A DNA stretch of 64,000 nt from the NCBI GenBank assembly GCA_963664305.2, contig CAXXLV010000002.1, forward strand, positions 320,001 to 384,000, read 5' to 3'. Numbering within the stretch: the stretch's first letter is position 1; the number at the start of each line of letters is the position of its first letter. The position numbers and the translations under genes were made by a program. This DNA comes from an uncultured Aliarcobacter sp. Its GTDB lineage: Bacteria > Campylobacterota > Campylobacteria > Campylobacterales > Arcobacteraceae. Shown one piece after another: positions 20,135-29,611 of this stretch. The notes under the pieces were generated by a model. That model did not search any database. It saw nothing but the letters and a program-made list of their open reading frames with translations, and was not told the DNA's origin.

Positions 20135-21459
20135 ATTTAAATATTAAAGATTTAAGAGCAAAATATTTAAGTGGTGAAGTTACAGTAAAAGAAGTAATTT
20201 TATCTATTTTTGAAAAAATTGAGCAAACAAGAGATTCTAATATTTGGATTTATACTTTAACTGAAGATGAAATAAGTTTTTATTTAAAAAATTTAGAAAA
20301 TAAAAATATAGAGGATTTACCACTTTATGGTATTCCTTTTGCTATAAAAGATAATATTGATTTAGTAAATATTCCTACAACAGCTGCTTGTCCTGAATTT
20401 TCTTATACTCCAAAAAAATCAGCTTTTGTGGTTGAAAAGTTAATCCAAGCTGGAGCTATTCCAATTGGAAAAACAAATCTTGACCAATTTGCAACAGGAC
20501 TTGTGGGAACACGAAGTCCTTATGGAGAGTGTAGAAATTCAATAAACAAAGAGTATATCTCTGGTGGTTCAAGCTCAGGAAGTGCAGTTGCAGTAGCACT
20601 TGAAATGGCTAGTTTTTCACTTGGAACTGATACTGCTGGAAGTGGAAGAGTTCCAGCTGCTTTTAATAATCTAATAGGATTAAAAGCTACAAAAGGAGTT
20701 ATTAGTACAAGTGGTGTAGTTCCTGCTTGTAGAAGTTTGGACTGTGTGACGGTTTTTGCAAAAGATTTAAGTTCGATAGAAGAGGTATTTAAAGTTGCAA
20801 ATGCTTATGATGAAGAGGATATTTATAGTAGACATTATGAAAAAGTAGAGTTTGAAGAAAAAGCAAAATTTTCTTTTGCTATTCCAAAAAAAGAGCAATT
20901 AAAATTCTTTGGTGATGAGGAATCAAAAAATCTATTTGAAGAAGCTATTAAAAAGTTTGAAAGTCTAGGTGGAAAGGCTTTTGAAATTGATTATGAACCA
21001 TTTAATGAAAGTGCAAACTTACTTTATAGTGGACCTTGGGTAACGGAGAGATTTATAGCTATAAAAGAGGTTATTACAAAAACTTCAGATGTTGTTGAGC
21101 AAACAGTTAGAAAAATCATAAGTGGTGGAGAAAATATAAATGCTATCAACTATTTTGAATCAGAATATATCTTGAAAAAGAATAGAAAAAAAGCTGAAAA
21201 GTTGTTTGAAGAGTTTGATTTTATGTTAACACCAACAACAGGAACAATTTATAAAATAGAAGAAGTAAACAACAATCCAATAGAACTTAATACAAATCTT
21301 GGATATTACACAAATTATATGAATCTACTTGATTTATCTGCAATTGCAGTTCCTGCTGGAAATAGAGTAAATGGTTTGCCTTTTGGAGTTACGGTTGTAG
21401 CAAAAAACTTTGAAGAAGAAAAACTATTAAGTTATGCTTCAAAATATCTAGGAGTTTAA
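20131..21459 (+). CDS. atzF: Allophanate hydrolase, amidase domain
   Basis: FAIKDNID, GKTNLDQFATGLVGTRSPY, GGSSSGSA, GTDTAGSGRVPA. Confidence 0.95.
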   Translation: MNLNIKDLRAKYLSGEVTVKEVILSIFEKIEQTRDSNIWIYTLTEDEISFYLKNLENKNIEDLPLYGIPFAIKDNIDLVNIPTTAACPEFSYTPKKSAFVVEKLIQAGAIPIGKTNLDQFATGLVGTRSPYGECRNSINKEYISGGSSSGSAVAVALEMASFSLGTDTAGSGRVPAAFNNLIGLKATKGVISTSGVVPACRSLDCVTVFAKDLSSIEEVFKVANAYDEEDIYSRHYEKVEFEEKAKFSFAIPKKEQLKFFGDEESKNLFEEAIKKFESLGGKAFEIDYEPFNESANLLYSGPWVTERFIAIKEVITKTSDVVEQTVRKIISGGENINAINYFESEYILKKNRKKAEKLFEEFDFMLTPTTGTIYKIEEVNNNPIELNTNLGYYTNYMNLLDLSAIAVPAGNRVNGLPFGVTVVAKNFEEEKLLSYASKYLGV

Positions 21460-21460
21460 A

Positions 21461-21862
21461 ATGAATGAAAATGAGATTTTAATCGGTGTTTGTGGAGCTC
21501 ATATGAGTGGATTGCCTTTAAATTGGCAATTAATAGATTTAGAAGCTACTTTTGTAAAAAAATGTAAAACAAAAAAAGGTTATAGACTTTTTTTACTTGA
21601 AAATAAAACTCCTATTAGACCTGGTATGATTTATGATAGTTCTGTTAAAAGTCAATTAGAACTTGAAGTTTGGTCTATGAATGTGGAAAACTTTGGAAAG
21701 TTTATGAAACAAATAGCAAGTCCACTTGGAATAGGAACAGTATTTTTAGAAGATGAAAGTAGTGTTTATGGCTTTTTATGTGAAGCAGATTATGTAAAAA
21801 ACTCAAAAGAGATAACAAGTTTAGGAAGCTGGAGAAACTTCTTATGTCAGCAACAACAATAG
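21461..21862 (+). CDS. Allophanate hydrolase C-terminal (GGCT-like) domain as a separate gene
   Basis: VCGAHMSGLPLNWQL, YRLF, RPGM, EVW, PLGIGTV, GFLCE, GSWR. Confidence 0.9.
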   Translation: MNENEILIGVCGAHMSGLPLNWQLIDLEATFVKKCKTKKGYRLFLLENKTPIRPGMIYDSSVKSQLELEVWSMNVENFGKFMKQIASPLGIGTVFLEDESSVYGFLCEADYVKNSKEITSLGSWRNFLCQQQQ

Positions 21863-22170
21863 CTTGGATTTATCTTTTTATAGCTGGACTTCTTGAAGCT
21901 TTTTGGGCAATTGGTTTGAAATATAGTGAAGGCTTTTCAAAACCAATTCCTACTATTTTGACTTTATGTTTGGTAGTTTCAAGTTTTTTTCTTCTTTCAA
22001 AAGCTATGAAAGTATTACCAGTTAGTTTTGCTTATGCAATTTGGTGTGCAATAGGAATAGTTAGTTTGGTTTTAATAGAGTATTTTTATCTAAATGGTGT
22101 TTTGAATTTTCAAAAAATCATCTCTATACTTTTTATTTTGATTGGAATTGTAGGTTTAAAAATATCATAG
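21844..22170 (+). CDS. gdx: SMR-family transporter, Gdx/SugE-like
   Basis: WIYLFIAGLLEAFWAIGLKYSEGF, AYAIW, GIVGLK; last gene of the guanidine operon. Confidence 0.8.
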   Translation: MSATTIAWIYLFIAGLLEAFWAIGLKYSEGFSKPIPTILTLCLVVSSFFLLSKAMKVLPVSFAYAIWCAIGIVSLVLIEYFYLNGVLNFQKIISILFILIGIVGLKIS

Positions 22171-22230
22171 TATTAAGAAGATGCACTTAAAGCTTTATAT
22201 ATAATACGAAAAAAATATAAAGAGATTGAT

Positions 22231-23466
22231 TTGAATGATATTTATGATTGTATAGTTATTGGTGGTGGACCTGCTGGAATTTTAGCCAGTATTAGTTGTG
22301 CTAGTGAAAAGAACTCCGTTTTACTTCTTGAAAAACTTCCAAAAATTGCAGCTAAACTAAAAGCTACTGGTGGAGGAAAATGTAATCTTACAAACACTCT
22401 TTCAACTGAAGAATTTATGGCAAAATTTGGTAAAAATGGTCGTTTTATGAGCCATGCAATAGATACTTTTAATGCAACAGATTTAAGAGATTTTTTTGCT
22501 AAAATTGGAGTTGAAACAATCGCCCGAGATGGATTTAGAGTATTTCCTGTAAATCATAGTTCAAGTATAATTTTAAGTGCATTAGATGAAGAGTTAGAAA
22601 GAGTTGGAGTGGAAGTTGAGTGTTCAGTTGCTATTGAAACTATAAAAAAAGAAGAAGATATTTTTATCATTATTTCAAAAGATAAAATCTACAAATCAAA
22701 AAATATCATCATAGCAACTGGAGGTTTGGGTTATCCAATCTTAGGAGCAACTGGTGATGGATATATTTATGCTAAAGATTTTGGTCATAAAATCACTTCA
22801 ACTCATCCTGCTATGATGCCACTTATTACAAAAGAAAAAAACTTCGCTTCATGTAAAGCTGATACAATCGCAAAAGCTATATTAAAAGTAAATATTCCAA
22901 AATACAAAAACTTAAAACTTGTTGGTGATTTGATTTTTACAAAAGAGGGTTTACGAGGTCCAGTTATTTTGGATTTTGCTAGAGAAATTACTCCTATTTT
23001 AGAAAAACACAATGAAGTTCCACTTTTGATAAACTTTTTAAAAGGTAAAAATGAAGAAGAGATTTTTACTCACTTAAAAAATGAAATAGCAAAAAATCCA
23101 ACAAATACTATCTTAGAAAATTTAGAAACTCTACTTGCAACTGGTGTAGCAACTGAGATTTTAAATATTTGTGAAATAGAAACAAGTTTAAGATTTAAAC
23201 AAATAGAAGGAATTAAAAGAGAAAAATTAGTTAAAACATTAGCTTGGACACCTTTTACAATTGTAGGACATGAAGGTTTTAAAAATGCCATGATAACAAG
23301 AGGTGGAGTTGAACTAAAAGAGATTGATTCAAAAACAATGCAAAGTAAAATAATAGATGGTTTGTACTTTTGTGGGGAAGTTGTAAATATAGATGGACCA
23401 TGTGGTGGATATAATCTTCAATGGTCTTTTTCAAGTGGCTTTTTAGCAGGAAAATTAAGAAAATAA
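22231..23466 (+). CDS. HI0933/YhiN-family flavoprotein
   Basis: GGGPAG, TGGGKCNLTN, ATGG..YP..GATGDG, GPCGGYNLQ. Confidence 0.92.
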   Translation: MNDIYDCIVIGGGPAGILASISCASEKNSVLLLEKLPKIAAKLKATGGGKCNLTNTLSTEEFMAKFGKNGRFMSHAIDTFNATDLRDFFAKIGVETIARDGFRVFPVNHSSSIILSALDEELERVGVEVECSVAIETIKKEEDIFIIISKDKIYKSKNIIIATGGLGYPILGATGDGYIYAKDFGHKITSTHPAMMPLITKEKNFASCKADTIAKAILKVNIPKYKNLKLVGDLIFTKEGLRGPVILDFAREITPILEKHNEVPLLINFLKGKNEEEIFTHLKNEIAKNPTNTILENLETLLATGVATEILNICEIETSLRFKQIEGIKREKLVKTLAWTPFTIVGHEGFKNAMITRGGVELKEIDSKTMQSKIIDGLYFCGEVVNIDGPCGGYNLQWSFSSGFLAGKLRK

Positions 23467-24260
23467 TGGAAAATTTATCTAAAAAAGAGATTGAAAATGC
23501 AACTGTTTTTTTAGATTTATCTCAAATAGTTTATTTTGATAAAATTGAAAAAATTACAGAAGAGATAAAAACAAAATATGCTTATGATGAAGTATATTTT
23601 TTCGATAAAAAAAATCATAAAAGAGTTTCTAATAATCTTTTTAAAAAGATATTTTTTAAACTACGTTCAAACTACGATTTAATTGATTTACAATTTATTG
23701 TAAGTATAAAAAAAATGAATGAGAATGAAAAGGGAGAAATTTCTATTATATTTAGAGGAAGTCAAGAAAAAGAAGATTGGCTTACAAATCTTAGTTTAAA
23801 ATATGTATCTCATAACAAATTCAAAAAATGTGTTCATTCTGGATTTTACAGAAGTTTTAAAATATTTAGAAAATCAGTTAAATCAAAAAAAGTTGATAAA
23901 GAGATAGATTTTTTAGAGGATATAAACTCAATAAATGAAAATTATAAACTTACTTTATCAGGACATAGTTTGGGTGGAGCTATTGCCACAATTGTAGGAT
24001 GTTATTTTATTGATAAAGGAATAAATAAAGATAATCTTTCAATTTTTACTTTTGGCGCACCTCCTATTGCTAAAAAAGAGTTTTGTGATTATTATGAAGA
24101 TAATTTAAATATCTTTCGTTTTGTAAATAAAGAAGACCCTGTACCAAATATTTCAAAACTTACAAAACTAAAACATATAGGAAAAACTATTTTGTTAAAT
24201 ACAAAAGAGGTAAACTTTCATTCTTTGAATGATTATAAAAAGATATTAAAAAATTTATAA
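23466..24260 (+). CDS. Class 3 lipase family protein
   Basis: IIFRGS..EDW, VHSGF, GHSLGGA, TFGAP, DPVP, C-terminal His; TAATG-coupled start. Confidence 0.85.
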   Translation: MENLSKKEIENATVFLDLSQIVYFDKIEKITEEIKTKYAYDEVYFFDKKNHKRVSNNLFKKIFFKLRSNYDLIDLQFIVSIKKMNENEKGEISIIFRGSQEKEDWLTNLSLKYVSHNKFKKCVHSGFYRSFKIFRKSVKSKKVDKEIDFLEDINSINENYKLTLSGHSLGGAIATIVGCYFIDKGINKDNLSIFTFGAPPIAKKEFCDYYEDNLNIFRFVNKEDPVPNISKLTKLKHIGKTILLNTKEVNFHSLNDYKKILKNL

Positions 24261-24270
24261 AAGGTTATAT

Positions 24271-25107
24271 ATGAAATTTGATATTAAACAATATATTTTA
24301 ATAGTTTTAGGAGCATTCTTCTTATCTTTTGGGACAGTTTCTTTTTTATCACCAAATGAGATAATTACTGGTGGTGGAGTAGGAATTTCATTATTATTAC
24401 ATAGTTTATTTCCCTCAATTACTTTAGGTATTATTATGGCATTAGTAAGTGTTCCATTTTTGGTATTGTCATATATTTATTATGGGAAATATTACTTATT
24501 TAAAACTTTTATAGTTGTAATTCTTCTATCAACTTTTACAGATGTTTTAAAAGAGTTTTTTCAAATAAAAGCTATAACACATGACATTTTATTGGCTGCA
24601 ATTTTTGGAGGAATTTTTATAGGTTTAGGTGTTGGTTTAATTATCAAAGGAAGAGCATCAACTGGAAGTACTTCTGTTGTAGGAGAAATAGTAGCTAAAA
24701 AAACAAAATATAAAGCAGCAGAAGTTTTACTTGCAATTGATGCAACAATTATGTTTGCTTCAATATTTGTTTATAACGATATTGAAAAGTCTTTATATAG
24801 TACATTAAGCGTATATGTTGGAATTAGAGTTATTGATATGATATTAACTGGACGTCCATCTAAAAAAATAGTTAATATTGTTTCAAATAATGTAGAAATA
24901 TTAAAAGAACAAATTAGAGAAAAGATAGAAGAACATGGAACTATAATGAAAGGAATAGGGCTTCATCAACATCAAGATAAAACAGTGATTTTTGTAACAG
25001 TTGAAGCTTCTAAAATAGACCTTTTAAAAAATCTGATAAGAGAATATGATCCAGATGCATTTATGATTATAACTGAGGCTTCGGAGTTTTTAGGTAGAGG
25101 AAATTAA
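24271..25107 (+). CDS. YitT-family membrane protein
   Basis: ITGG..GI, AAIFGG...G.G, ASTG, C-terminal DPDAF (DUF2179). Confidence 0.88.
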   Translation: MKFDIKQYILIVLGAFFLSFGTVSFLSPNEIITGGGVGISLLLHSLFPSITLGIIMALVSVPFLVLSYIYYGKYYLFKTFIVVILLSTFTDVLKEFFQIKAITHDILLAAIFGGIFIGLGVGLIIKGRASTGSTSVVGEIVAKKTKYKAAEVLLAIDATIMFASIFVYNDIEKSLYSTLSVYVGIRVIDMILTGRPSKKIVNIVSNNVEILKEQIREKIEEHGTIMKGIGLHQHQDKTVIFVTVEASKIDLLKNLIREYDPDAFMIITEASEFLGRGN

Positions 25108-25119
25108 TTGGGACAAGTT

Positions 25120-27093
25120 TTAAAAACTTGTCCACTCATCTTCATCATTTGAAGTTGCTTTTATCTCATTTTGAGGTTTTTTTGCAGGAACTTCTTGTTT
25201 TTTAATTGTAGGTTTTTTAATATTTATTACAGGTGCATTTGACTTTGTATCATCTAATGTTTTTGCTTTAACATCTTCTTTCCCAATAAATTCTTTAGCA
25301 TTAGCATTTGAAAGTACTAATTTTGCAATAGTATCAGTTTGAACAGCAACACTATATGTTTGTGATGCAATTTGTGCATTTTGTTGTGTTTGTTGGTCAA
25401 GTGATGTGATAGCATGATTTATTTGTTCAATTCCAGCTAGTTGTTCTTTACTTGAAGATTCAACTCCTTTGATTAAATCAATAGTTTGAATAATACTTTC
25501 ATTTAAAGCTTTATAACCACTTATCATATCTTCTGAAATTCTTTTCCCTTGGTCAGCTTTTTTTGTAGCATTTTCAACTAAGTCTTTAATCTCTTTAGCT
25601 GCTTCTGCACTTCTACTTGCAAGGTTTCTAACTTCTTGAGCAACAACAGCAAATCCTTTTCCAGCTTCACCTGCAGTTGCAGCTTCAACGGCTGCATTTA
25701 GAGATAAAATATTTGTTTGGAAAGCTATTTGGTCGATAACTGTAATAGCTTCATTAATTGCATTTACTTCTCTATCAATTTCATTCATAGCTTCTGTAGT
25801 TTGACTTGCAAGTGTTTGACCTTGTGATACAGAACTTGTAACACTAGAAGCTAATTTAGACATTTGAACAATATTGTCTGTGTTATTTGAAATATTACTT
25901 GAAATCTCTTCAACAGCAGCTGCAGTCTCTTCTAGTGCAACAGCAGCTTCATTTGAATTTCTATTTAGAGTATCAACATTTTTAAGTAAGATATGACTAC
26001 TATCGCCTAATGTTAAACCATTTGATTTATTTTCAACAAGCATTTCATTTATGATATCAGCTAAGTTATTTAATCCAACAGTAACTCCACTATTACACCC
26101 TTTAATTCTATGCGTAAAGTCAAGTTTTGCATATCTTTCTAGTGCATAAGAGATATCATTGATATTTGTACAAACTCTTAGTTGTAAGCTATACATCATT
26201 TCATTGATATGAATTCTAAGTTTTTCCATACTTTCAGATTCAACTTTGTTATCAAGCCTTTTATTTAAAAATCCATTTTTTACAACTTGAGCCATCTCAT
26301 TTATTTCAGCTAGGAATTTATTGTCTGAATCAATAGTTGTTTTTGTTTTTCTAATATTCTCATTTACAACTTTTGCCATATTTCCAAATTCATCGTTTGA
26401 GCTATCATCTAACATTTCAACAGATGAATTTTCTTTGTTTACATAACCAAAAAAGCTTAATAAACCTTTTTGAAAATTGTTTAAAGAGTTGATTAGCTGA
26501 TTTGATAATAAAACAGAGAAAGTAACAAAAAATAAAATAGATATTACGGCAATAATAACTAAAACACTATCCATCGTTTCATCAGCTGAAATTTTCAATT
26601 TTATAGCATTCTCATTTATGTCAGATAATTTTTTTTCAAGTTTTAAACCAACTTCAACCATCTCTTTTATGATAGTTTTTATTTCTTCATTTTCTTTTAA
26701 AATATCGTTATTATATTCACTGATTTTTTTAGCATAAAATTTATCAAAACTACTAATATAATTTTTAGATAAATCTAAAATTTCATCAGATAATTGAATA
26801 TTTTCTTTCTCAACTAATTGAGGTTTTAAAGCTTTAACATATTCATCAAACTTTTTAAAGTCATCCCTTACGCTTTGAGCACTTTGTTCAGTTGGAGTTC
26901 TTAAAAACTGATAAACTGAAATACGACCTTTTAAAAGTTGTTGTATAAATAAGTCAGTTTGGGAAGCTACATTTATTCTTCCATTTGCAACACCATTGAA
27001 ATAACTATAAACGGCAGCAGACACAATAACAATAATGATAAATGTTATTGGTAACAGTAACAGTTTCTTTTTTGTAGAGAAATTTTTTAACAC
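25120..27093 (-). CDS. Methyl-accepting chemotaxis protein
   Basis: Two TM helices, [38 protein letters not shown]-terminal pentapeptide EWTSF. Confidence 0.95.
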   Translation of the reverse strand: MLKNFSTKKKLLLLPITFIIIVIVSAAVYSYFNGVANGRINVASQTDLFIQQLLKGRISVYQFLRTPTEQSAQSVRDDFKKFDEYVKALKPQLVEKENIQLSDEILDLSKNYISSFDKFYAKKISEYNNDILKENEEIKTIIKEMVEVGLKLEKKLSDINENAIKLKISADETMDSVLVIIAVISILFFVTFSVLLSNQLINSLNNFQKGLLSFFGYVNKENSSVEMLDDSSNDEFGNMAKVVNENIRKTKTTIDSDNKFLAEINEMAQVVKNGFLNKRLDNKVESESMEKLRIHINEMMYSLQLRVCTNINDISYALERYAKLDFTHRIKGCNSGVTVGLNNLADIINEMLVENKSNGLTLGDSSHILLKNVDTLNRNSNEAAVALEETAAAVEEISSNISNNTDNIVQMSKLASSVTSSVSQGQTLASQTTEAMNEIDREVNAINEAITVIDQIAFQTNILSLNAAVEAATAGEAGKGFAVVAQEVRNLASRSAEAAKEIKDLVENATKKADQGKRISEDMISGYKALNESIIQTIDLIKGVESSSKEQLAGIEQINHAITSLDQQTQQNAQIASQTYSVAVQTDTIAKLVLSNANAKEFIGKEDVKAKTLDDTKSNAPVINIKKPTIKKQEVPAKKPQNEIKATSNDEDEWTSF

Positions 27094-27214
27094 AAGAAGC
27101 CCTTTGAAGAAAAAATAAAATAATCAAGCAATTTATAAAAAACAAACATAAAGTTAGCTTAAATGGTAAAGAAAAATTTATGATTTTAATTAAAAAAATT
27201 TATGGGATAATATT

Positions 27215-27859
27215 TTATTTTTGAAAAAATAATTGATTTAAAATACTTATTTGTTCTTCTTTTGTGTAGTTAAATTTGAATTCATACTCTTTTAAATAAA
27301 AAAAGAAATTATCTTCATCTATTCCTTTGTATTTTCTCAAATTTGTTTCAAGATATTTCCAAAATTCATTTAGTTTTGTTTGATGAGAGTTTTTAGAGTG
27401 AATTTTATACCAATTTAGATATTGGATAAATCCATCTTCCATATCAAAAGCACGATTTCCAATTTTTGGCATCAAAAGAGTATATACTTTTTCATTTGAG
27501 TAAAAACCTATAATATTTACAGCTTCACTAAGAGATTTTCTTTTTTTCTTTTTTTCTCTTTCTTTTATATAATAAAACTCTTCATATTCTGTATAATCTT
27601 TTATTGAACTATGATACTCTTCTTCTAAAAAAACAGCTATTTTTTTTCTAAATAAATCAAATCTATCTTTTATTGTTTTGTAGTTTAATTCTAATTCTTT
27701 CGAAGTTTCAAGAGCATTTTTATCTTCACAAAACTCTTTTATTATTATCTTATCTTTTTCTATTTTTTTTAGTGATAATTTTTTTGCACAAGTTTTGCAT
27801 TTGATATAATCATCAGCAAGAAGATAAAATGTTGTATTGTTACAGTTTGGGCAAATCAT
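27215..27859 (-). CDS. IS1595-transposase-derived protein, catalytic core degenerate
   Basis: CPNC...CKTC Zn ribbon, HTH-like segment, C-terminal FW..L...L.KYKGI....F..YLKE.EFKFN. Confidence 0.7.
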   Translation of the reverse strand: MICPNCNNTTFYLLADDYIKCKTCAKKLSLKKIEKDKIIIKEFCEDKNALETSKELELNYKTIKDRFDLFRKKIAVFLEEEYHSSIKDYTEYEEFYYIKEREKKKKRKSLSEAVNIIGFYSNEKVYTLLMPKIGNRAFDMEDGFIQYLNWYKIHSKNSHQTKLNEFWKYLETNLRKYKGIDEDNFFFYLKEYEFKFNYTKEEQISILNQLFFQK

Positions 27860-27975
27860 GGTTTTATTTTAGCATTTTAATATTATAAATTGGTATTAAA
27901 GGATTGATAATTGCATAGTTTAAACAATAAGAGTAATATACTTTTAAATAAAAAAATAATGAAAGGTTGAAAAAA

Positions 27976-28368
27976 GTGAAAATAGCAATTCCAGTAAAAG
28001 ATGAGAATTTGACATTTTTTAGCAATGCAGGACATACTCCAAAATTTGCTATATACGAATTGACTGGTTCAGGTATGTTTAAATCTTTTAAACTAAATTC
28101 AATAATAGTAAATCCAAGAACTGATATTGACCATGACCATGCAGAAGAAGACCACGTTTGTGACCATGGGCATGATGATGAAGAACATATAAAAGAACAC
28201 AATAAAATGGGAATTGCATTAAAAGATTGTAATTACATAGTTGTTAAAAAAGCATGTAAAAATACTGCAAACTCTTTTACTTCTGTTGGGATAAAACTTG
28301 TTAAATATAGTGGTGAAGCACTAGATGTAAATACTATATTAAAAGAGACATCATCTTCATTTAAATAA
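27976..28368 (+). CDS. NifB/NifX-family protein with His-rich insert
   Basis: (M)KIAIPVKD, GHTPKFAIY, LKDC; GTG start after aaagg. Confidence 0.75.
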   Translation: MKIAIPVKDENLTFFSNAGHTPKFAIYELTGSGMFKSFKLNSIIVNPRTDIDHDHAEEDHVCDHGHDDEEHIKEHNKMGIALKDCNYIVVKKACKNTANSFTSVGIKLVKYSGEALDVNTILKETSSSFK

Positions 28369-28495
28369 AAAAATCTTGTTCTATAAATATATAAGTGATA
28401 CAAAATTGTCAGATGTAATTTAGACTTTTTGAGTTAAACTATCTAAAATGAATAAATATTCACTATAAATAGTTTAAAACAAAAAGGAAAAATAT

Positions 28496-29320
28496 ATGTG
28501 TAAAGATTGCGGTTGTACAATAGCAGGAAGTGAACATCATCACCACCATCACCATGATGACCATGAACACGGAATTGTTCATGACCATGACCATCCACAT
28601 GATAATACAACTTGGAGTGCTACACATCAAGCAGCACATGAAACACTTCATCATAACCCTCAACTAAATGATGCAAAAACAATCTCAGTTATTCAAAAAA
28701 TTTTAGATAAAAATGACCATGAAGCAGCTCACAATAGAGCTCATTTTGATAACCACAAAGTTTTAGGAATAAATCTTATGAGTAGTCCTGGAAGTGGAAA
28801 AACAACACTTTTAGAAAATATTGCTGATATGGTAGATTTTAAATTTGCAGTTGTTGAGGGTGACTTAGAAACTTCAAGAGATGCAGATAGACTTAAAGCA
28901 AAAGGAATAAATGCAGTTCAAATACAAACAGGAAGTGCTTGTCATTTAGATGCATTTATGGTTCATAAAGGACTTCATGATATTCCACTTGATGATTTAG
29001 ATGTATGTTTTGTGGAAAATGTAGGAAATCTAGTATGTCCAGCATCTTATGATGTGGGAACTCACTTAAATATCGTATTAGTTTCAGTTCCTGAAGGAGA
29101 AGATAAGATAGCAAAATATCCAGTTATGTTTAGAAGTGCTGATTTAATACTTATTACAAAAACAGATTTACTTCCATACTTTGATTATGATATTGAAAAA
29201 GAGAAGATGGAAGCTAGAAAACTAAAACCAAATGTGGATATTTTAGAAGTAAATATCAAAGATAAACAATCACTTCAAAATGTAATTGATTGGATTAATT
29301 TCAAAAGAAAGATGAGATAA
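28496..29320 (+). CDS. hypB: Hydrogenase nickel-incorporation GTPase
   Basis: MCKDCGC, His-rich tract, SSPGSGKTT, CHLDA, ENVGNLVCPA. Confidence 0.97.
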   Translation: MCKDCGCTIAGSEHHHHHHHDDHEHGIVHDHDHPHDNTTWSATHQAAHETLHHNPQLNDAKTISVIQKILDKNDHEAAHNRAHFDNHKVLGINLMSSPGSGKTTLLENIADMVDFKFAVVEGDLETSRDADRLKAKGINAVQIQTGSACHLDAFMVHKGLHDIPLDDLDVCFVENVGNLVCPASYDVGTHLNIVLVSVPEGEDKIAKYPVMFRSADLILITKTDLLPYFDYDIEKEKMEARKLKPNVDILEVNIKDKQSLQNVIDWINFKRKMR

Positions 29321-29326
29321 AAGTAT

Positions 29327-29608
29327 ATGTGTTTATCAATACCTTCAAAAATTAAAAGTATAGATACAGAAATGAATACTTGCGTAGTTGATACTATGGG
29401 AGTTGAAAGAAGTGCTAGTTTAGATTTAATAGACCAAGATGTAAAAATTGGGGATTATGTTTTAATTCATATTGGTTTTGCTATGAATAAAATAGATGAA
29501 GAGGATGCTTTAGAGTCTTTAAAAGTCTATCAAGAAATCATAGATAAGATGGAAGAAAATGACCGACTTGCAGCCATTGAAGAAGCTGAAAATTGCCCAA
29601 ATAGGTAA
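29327..29608 (+). CDS. hypC: Hydrogenase maturation chaperone
   Basis: MCLSIP, GDYVLIHIGFA. Confidence 0.97.
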   Translation: MCLSIPSKIKSIDTEMNTCVVDTMGVERSASLDLIDQDVKIGDYVLIHIGFAMNKIDEEDALESLKVYQEIIDKMEENDRLAAIEEAENCPNR

Positions 29609-29611
29609 GTT

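Noticed and set aside
27215..27859. Active IS element
   Set aside because: No terminal inverted repeats or target duplication seen; catalytic motifs degenerate
27860..27975. NikR or Fur box in the divergent region
   Set aside because: Only a gataat half-site; no correctly spaced palindrome found in very AT-rich DNA
27864..28663. Minus-strand ORFs 27864-28202 and 28463-28663
   Set aside because: Antisense shadows of His-rich codon runs in the NifX-like gene and hypB
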